Shown: positions 57,551 through 64,000 of the stretch, piece after piece
How the letters are laid out: each line of letters opens with the position of its first letter
Numbering within the stretch: the first letter of the stretch is position 1
Assembly: GCA_964019425.1 (NCBI GenBank)
Contig: OZ025803.1
Span: 248,001 to 312,000 of the forward strand
Direction of reading: 5' to 3'
Source: Flectonema sp. DT1601
Lineage: Eukaryota
Length of the DNA: 64,000 bases
Program-made: the position numbers and the translations under genes
Notes under the pieces: generated by a model
What the model was told of the DNA's origin: nothing
Databases searched by the model: none
What the model saw: the letters and a program-made list of their open reading frames with translations, nothing else

Positions 57551-58231
57551 ATGGGAAGTGATCCTTTAGAAGACACGTTGAGAAGTTTTGTATCAGCTGT
57601 ATTCGATGACACTGAACCTGATGTCGAGGATGAAAAACCATCAGAACCAAAACTATTAGGAAGTATGATGCTGTCTCCAGGTACCAGGGGGTGTAGGGCG
57701 AGGAGCAGGACGATCACTAACTTTGTTAGTTCTGTTTTTGATGACGCGGAGAATACTGGTATCAGTGATATGGACACTGTTTCTGAAATAAGTACTAGTG
57801 TTGCTACTGGCACACCAGAATCCAGACCGAGAGGTATGAGCAGCACTGCTATGACTGAGGACGGTGTTGATGTGATGGTTCGCTGGGCTGGAGGACTTTT
57901 CGGAGACGCTGCCAACGTCTTAGACACCACCGGTGATGGAAGGATTGATACTATTATACTCGACTCTACAGGTGATGGTATTCAGGACACGAAACTCCCT
58001 GCTTCTGGTTTAGACACAAATGGTGACGGGAAGATCGACACGATGGTCATCGCTGGAAAATCCCTCTCCCTCAAGGGAAGAGATTTCCCAACAGCTCCAC
58101 CGTTATCGGCAACAACTCCGGAAAACAAAGAACAGCTGACCAAGTCCGTTGCTGAAGCTCTCGCACATGTAAAAGCCGCACGAAAGGAAAAAGCCCGCCT
58201 GAGGCAGGCTTCTCTTAAAGAGAACGAATAA
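57551..58231 (+). CDS. Hypothetical protein with three DxxGDG putative Ca-binding loops
   Basis: LDTTGDGRID, LDSTGDGIQD, LDTNGDGKID; N-terminus MGS. Confidence 0.75.
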   Translation: MGSDPLEDTLRSFVSAVFDDTEPDVEDEKPSEPKLLGSMMLSPGTRGCRARSRTITNFVSSVFDDAENTGISDMDTVSEISTSVATGTPESRPRGMSSTAMTEDGVDVMVRWAGGLFGDAANVLDTTGDGRIDTIILDSTGDGIQDTKLPASGLDTNGDGKIDTMVIAGKSLSLKGRDFPTAPPLSATTPENKEQLTKSVAEALAHVKAARKEKARLRQASLKENE

Positions 58232-59349
58232 AACTATTTTAAGTGATATTATTATTTCTTTTTTTTTTTCTCGTACTCAACAAATATTGTTGTTATCTTC
58301 TTTTGTTACGGTTTCAGTGCTCAAACAACTAAAAAAAAAAAAAAAAAAAAAAAGGCTTTATAGTTTTGTTGATGAACTCATCAAATAGGCGGAGTTATCA
58401 ACGTAATAGAATCCACCTCCTTAGACTGGTATTCTGCTTCACATCGTGTAGTTACACCGCAGCTATAATGGTTGTTTTTATTGTTTTACACCAAGTTGTG
58501 TTTGGTGATAACCCTCCAATAATACTATTGATGATTCTTTTTCCTCCTCCTCCTTTTTTTTTTTTTTTGAGTATCTTATCATCTAATCTGATTTTTCTTT
58601 TCCTTTTCTTGGATCTAAAAAATATCACCAAACTCACGTATGCCGTAGTGGGAAAATGTTTCTTCATGGCAGCGTGACTACTTGTGGTATTTTTTTTCCC
58701 CCTTTTTTTTCCCTTTTTTTTCCTCTCTGTTCTTTCTTCCTGATGAAGCAAAATGATATCCCTGCAGTCAAAGAACAGAATGCTCTGACAAAAAAATAAG
58801 AAGTACTGGCAGTGTTTGGGAACCCAAAAAAAAAAAAAAAAATCCCTGCTAGCTGAAGTTATGAAGTACAATTTGTTATGTGATTGGGTCTGCTGCTTTT
58901 GATAAGCGATTAATAACGATTTTTATAATTAATATCTACGCAATCTAACTTCTTATATGATGACTTCTTTCAAACAAGAAAGTATTTGTTTATGTTTCGC
59001 CCTATGAACTAATTTGTTAAAGCTTACTCCTTTTTTTTTTTTTTTTAAAAAATTTAAATACTCTACTTTTATTAATCCTGACGGTTCGTATCTTAAGTGA
59101 GTCGAACTGTTTTTGAAGTTGTTTATAATGTCTTCGTTCCATTTGAGGGAAGTATTTATTATTTGTTTCGGTTTGCAGTATCAAGTTTCCGGACCATTTT
59201 TCGAGGTCTTTTTTTTTAATTTTTTTTATTTTGGTAATATAATAATCACGAAGAAAAGGTAGAATTTGGTCCGGCGCAGTTATGACCCTTAAACTGACTG
59301 TCATCTTACCTGATCCTTTTGGTTTTCATTTCTTGCTGAGTGATATGGC

Positions 59350-59750
59350 TATGTGCTGCCCAAATCTTTTGTGGTACATTTCTAAAGCTTTTCGGTAAGC
59401 CCTATAATGCTTTCGACAACTGAGGGTGAACGATCCTGGGGTTTTCTATTTTCTTTCGTGGAGTGTGGGCATATGGCACATGTGGTCGTATTATAAAGAA
59501 AGATGTATATGAAAGAAAGAAGATTTTTTATTTTTTTTCACCTTCCCCCCACTCCCCGATCGTTTCTCTTTTATTTTTTTTAGTTGTTTACAACCTGTTA
59601 GCCTCTGGGCAAGGTGGAGGCTGGAAGTCGATCACTTCCAGCCAATACTATGAAACTACAATCTTCGCGATTGGGTCCTTACTGATGCCGGCTACCCAGA
59701 CCCCTCGTAGTCATCAGTTTGTATTTTGCTAACTAAACTAAACTAAACTA
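59350..59750 (+). mobile_element. Degenerate non-LTR retroposon-like remnant R5, copy 2, ending in (AAACT)n
   Basis: Homologous to 49040-49357. One frameshift gives LWYILKLFGKP (RT-like LWxxLxxxGxP); structured 3' block; short tandem tail at 59729-59750. Confidence 0.58.
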
Positions 59751-60767
59751 GAAACCCAAAATGGGGATTCCGATGGATTGGCACTACTACAGACCGGAGA
59801 GTAACAAAAAAAGAGGGAAATGACCTGCTTTTTTTGTACTTTGGCATCCATTTTTGTAACAGACACGGAAACTACTTTGAGAGTGAAAGTAGTGCCTCAC
59901 CACCGGAATGTGAAATAGTAAAGTGATCGGAATTTCTTTAGCAACAATGAAAAAAAAAAGAGCTGTCTGTCTTGCAGACTGATTCCCTCTCCCTTGTCCT
60001 TTCTTGCTTTTTTCTTGTTTCTTGCATTCTCCCTCCTTTTTTAAATAATCAAAGTTTTTGTCACAAGGGCAGGGGTGTGTCTTTTTAAAGTTCCTGTTCC
60101 CCTTTGTTTTCTTCTCAAACAACGGTATCGAAAAATTATGCCCAAACAAGGCACCTCTTTCTTAACTTTCTTGAAGTTGCCTTGTCAACTCTTACTTGAT
60201 GAGGATAAGTGTAATGGATGTGTTTCAAAAAAATAAATTAAAAAAAGTAAAATAACTACCACCTCAAATAAATATGAACTCCCTCAAAAACATGTTGAGC
60301 TAATTTAGTCAGGAGACGTGCTCGATTTTGGTGCACAAACAAAATCACCACGCAGTTCCTGACTTACTGCGAATTCGAATTTTTTTTTTTTTTTTTTTTT
60401 TTTAGCACACTAATTTTCCTGAAAGAGTCGTGCTTCTATTTTATTAAATAAATTATTATTATTGTTATTATTATTATTATTATTATTATAATCCCGAAAA
60501 AAAAAAAAAAGCTTCTCCCTTCACCCCATTGACGATGTCTTGTCTTATTTTTTATCATAATTTCTTATTAAAACTTGTTGCCCTTTGTCTCCTTTTCTTG
60601 TCTATCAAAAAGAAAAGGATCTTTCTCTATGGTAATGCGGGGCTGAAGACTTGCTTTTTTTTTTCTTATGTTCCTTCCACTCACCGTATCAACTTTTGTT
60701 TCCCACCCCTCTCGTAATACTATGTAGTGCATGTTATCTTATAGAGCCACAGCAGTTCTCTCGGTGG

Positions 60768-60976
60768 TAGCTCCCGTACTGGGGTTATGATTGTTGAAGA
60801 TTACAACCCGTTGTATCAAGACTTGTGCTCTATTAATGGTGGTAATGGAATCCCTGCTATTAGGCTTTGAGGCTGAACGCGCTTACGTGTTAACCATACG
60901 TAGCTCCCGTACTGGGGGGTTATCATTGTTGAAAAATTACAACCCGTTGCATCAAGTGCTCTATTGATGGTGGCAA
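60768..60976 (+). repeat. Local direct repeat, two copies of about 78 bp with a 133-bp period
   Basis: TAGCTCCCGTACTGGGG..TTGTTGAA..TTACAACCCGTTG..GTGCTCTATT..TGGTGG at 60768 and 60901. Confidence 0.88.
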
Positions 60977-61971
60977 GCCACACAGCGGTAGCTTTTTATT
61001 AAACAAATTCTTTTCATTTTTGACTCGCCGTGGTTTTTTTTTTTTTTTTTTTTTTTAAAATGGCAAAATACTTGGTTCCTATTCACCGATTACAGCCATT
61101 CTGACTAGTCGAGTTGACACAACTTAAGTTATAACACTATCAAAAGCTATTGTAAGGACTGAATTAAATGAACGAAAGATTCTTTTTCCCCCCCCCCCCC
61201 TGTTTCCTTTTTCTTTCTTTCTTCTTCTTTTAGTCTGTGTAAACAGCACATAAATCAGCTAATATGGCTGGGGCAGTTTTATTGTGGATTGGTTTTCAGT
61301 TTGTAATTATTTTAATGTGTAATTCCCTCCTGCGACAGAGATTGGTCGCACGCAAGTGAAAATTCTTTTCTGACTAGGGGTAGTCATAATAGCGTTACAT
61401 AAATCGTCACAGAGTACTGATTTCGGTTAGTTCATTCTCCTTTCAAATGTGGTAGAGAGGAGTGAGGTCTAAGCAGTTGTGTTTTGACTAAGGGAGAACG
61501 ACTTCTATGTTCTTGCCCTAGTTGGTAAACGAAAAAGAAAAAAGAAAGAAGAAGAAAAAGAGAATGAGCGCAAGGTTGGCTGCTGTCATTCTCTGATTGA
61601 CCCCAAGCTCTGTTTACAGCTCCCTGTTCTACTTACTTTCTTCCTCCTTCTTATCGTCAATCTCTGTTTTTTGCGAGCGCCTTTTGTAGTAAAATGATGT
61701 CGATGGGCTCTGCTTAGTAAGAATAATGTGGTTCTCATTCGACATTTTTTTCTAACACGCGATGGGAAATTATATTGTCTTTTTCTTTTCTGTTTTGTTA
61801 AAGTTCGCGAATTAATTTAGTTAACCATTTTTTTTCCCTTTTTTTTCCCCCATCAAATTACCCCGTTGTTGTTCCTTCGAGCTTAAGAATGCAGTATCAA
61901 ATTACCCTCCTTTGACAGTCAAGATTGTCGGTGAAATTGCTGTTCCTTTGAGCTTAAAAATGGCAGTGATA

Positions 61972-62105
61972 TATCCGATTTATCAGCAAACTGGAATGAA
62001 GTCCCTCTAAGGCTCCTGAAACTACGTATGGCGGAACAATGTGTTTTTATTTATTTATATTGTTATTTTGATTTTTAGTGCAACTATTTTATAATAAACT
62101 CATCT
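61972..62105 (+). repeat. Dispersed repeat family R3, partial copy
   Basis: AAACTGGAATGAAGTCC, TAAGGCTCCTGAAACTACGTAT and TTTTGATTTTTAGTGCA are shared with the 46126, 36045 and 32100 copies. Confidence 0.72.
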
Positions 62106-62377
62106 TTTAACTATTTTTTCCTCTTTTTCCTCAGAAAGCCTGAGAAGGGTCCACGCGGCCACTCAGTTTGACAGTTTTGTTCCTTTCCCTTTTTTTTTTT
62201 TTTAAAAAAAATTGCTTTTCTTTTTTTGTCATTTTTTTTTTTTTTTTTTTTTTCACAGTGCTATCGGCACCATGAAAAACCACCGCAGGATATTTGATAA
62301 ATTTAAGGATTTTTTTTTTCCCCCTTGGTCGATATAACAAAAAACTTTTTCAGTCAAGTACTTTGATATTAATTTTG

Positions 62378-62433
62378 TTTTTAATACCTAAAAGTTGTTA
62401 CTGTTTTTACATTGTCAAAGTTTCACCCCCCTT
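62378..62433 (+). repeat. Dispersed repeat R4, copy 2
   Basis: Near-identical to 19533-19590. Confidence 0.8.
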
Positions 62434-63267
62434 GGTCGATACAAAAAAAAACTGTGGATTTTACTCCTCGTGGCTATTGTTGTTTTTTGTTACAATTCTA
62501 ACTAACAAATAATGTTCGTGTTTGGCCAACTACTTAGTACTCTACAGTATGGGTATCCCTATCAGTAATTTATTCTTGTTCCCGTCATCTGTACTCCCTC
62601 GAAAAGCTGCAAATCTTCGCTACAGGCCGGGCCTTCGTCTCGGCAACAGCATTGCGTAAGGGAGGCAGCAGCGAGGCAAATTCGTGCTTATTGTTGTTGC
62701 ATGAATTTCGATTTAGTTATTTTCTTTTTTTTTGTTTGTCCTGCTCTCTTGCCATGTTTTAAGTTCTGATATTCTTTTATTGAACAGTTTTTCTTTCTTG
62801 TGAGATAATAATTTACAAAAAAAACACAAAAAAAAAAAAAAAAAAGAACATTTATTCATGTCGTAGTTTCTCTCTCTCAGTACCTGTCTTTTTGAATGTG
62901 TTGACACTTGTTTTGTTTCAAGGCTTCACTAATTCATTACTGTAACCGATTATTACCTGTTGGACGACAAGTTGCAACCTCTTCATAAGAAAATCCAGTT
63001 ATTGCTCTCCAGATTTCACAGTTTTTTCTGTTTTCTTTATTCTTAGTCAAGTAGTTTGTGTATTTATCTAACGATGTTTGTTGAACTATTTCTTTTCCCT
63101 TTTGGTACCAGGTCTGTTTGTTGTGTGAGATAGAGCTTATGTTTCGAAACTACTATTGAACAGCGACAATGACTATGAATGTTTTGTGTGTTTCGTATCG
63201 TATTGAAAACCTTATTCATTATTATCCCCTCCACAGAGCGTTTTTCTTTTTTTTCTTTTGAAAAAAG

Positions 63268-63950
63268 ATGATGCGCCGTGTTACTTTAGCCGCGGGCAGA
63301 CGTGCGCCATTCTCCCAAAAGAGATGGTGCGAGAGTGGAGTGAGTACATTGGATCCTTATGAGGTATTTGAGGGTAAGGTTACCCCAGACAGTACAGAGA
63401 AAGAAATAAAGGAAGCTTACCGAGAGTTGCAAAAACAATACCATCCTGACATTAACGCAGATGTCGACCCGAGGAAGATTACTGAAATCATTGAGGCATA
63501 CAAACAACTTATGAAGCAAAGTTACAAAAAGGGAATGGTTCAAGGTTGGCTTCGCCGTAGTGGTGGTGACGAACCTCCAGTACCAAGATCTGAGTTGCAG
63601 GAACGTGTTTACCGTCCTGCGTCTGCTAAGTGGGAGGAATCAACATCGATGATGCTTTTCAGAATTAAGAAGCGGTATGGAACGATCATATTTTGGTTAG
63701 CTAAGATTCTCTTCAACATCGTCCAGATTGTTCGCCGATTCCAGATATTAGTATGTGATTCCATTTATTGTTTTAGACGTGTTTTGCACATAGAAACAAC
63801 CTAACAAAACAGTTCATGATCTTCGCCATCGGTATCGTTGCCCAATCTATCAAGCAGGTGCTAAGCAACAGAAGACACGAAGAGATGCGTGCCATTAAGG
63901 CTAAAAGGGGAGAATCTGAGGAGGGAATTCAGTTAGTAAGAGCAGCGTGA
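63268..63950 (+). CDS. J-domain (DnaJ) protein, probably mitochondrial and membrane-anchored; 2 exons (63268-63750, 63813-63950)
   Basis: Arg-rich presequence MMRRVTLAAGRR; DPYEVF..IKEAYRELQKQYHPD..IIEAY. Intron 63751-63812 GTATGT..CTAAC..AACAG gives an in-frame hydrophobic terminal exon. Confidence 0.88.
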
Positions 63951-64000
63951 GTGACTCTTCTACAGGAAACAGTGATCAGCATACCCGCTGCGTTTGCACG

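Noticed and set aside
62650..62690. U6-like words (TGCGTAAGG, GCAAATTCGTG) and HDV- or SRP-like appearance
   Set aside because: No ACAGAGA box, no HDV P1/P2 topology and no SRP GNRA helix 8. Kept only as an unassigned hairpin.

Overview
AT-rich eukaryotic genomic DNA, most consistent with a euglenozoan protist (diplomenid-like; this is inference). About 21 protein-coding genes all lie on the + strand. Most have a U-rich tract and YAG just upstream of the ATG, as expected for spliced-leader trans-splicing of a polycistronic cluster. Five short GTATGT..(A/C-rich)ACAG cis-introns can be reconstructed in frame. Recognisable products: nucleoside hydrolase, GT4 glycosyltransferase, degenerate myosin/IQ protein, ZNF451-type PIN/NYN protein, PB1-LIR-TPR-UBA (p62/NBR1-like) protein, DNA polymerase zeta REV3 (2810 aa), heparanase-like GH79, a spliced CCCH-WWE-PARP-like protein with a degenerate catalytic site, an F-box protein, a secreted beta-lactamase-family serine hydrolase, APC11 and a J-domain protein. 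Intergenic DNA holds a decayed pogo/Tc2-like DNA transposon, a 780-bp TIR element, a microhomology-bounded tandem duplication, several dispersed short repeat families, a two-copy retroposon-like remnant with a conserved predicted 3' pseudoknot, and an isolated GC-rich double hairpin. All domain calls are by eye from motifs; no database searches were run.
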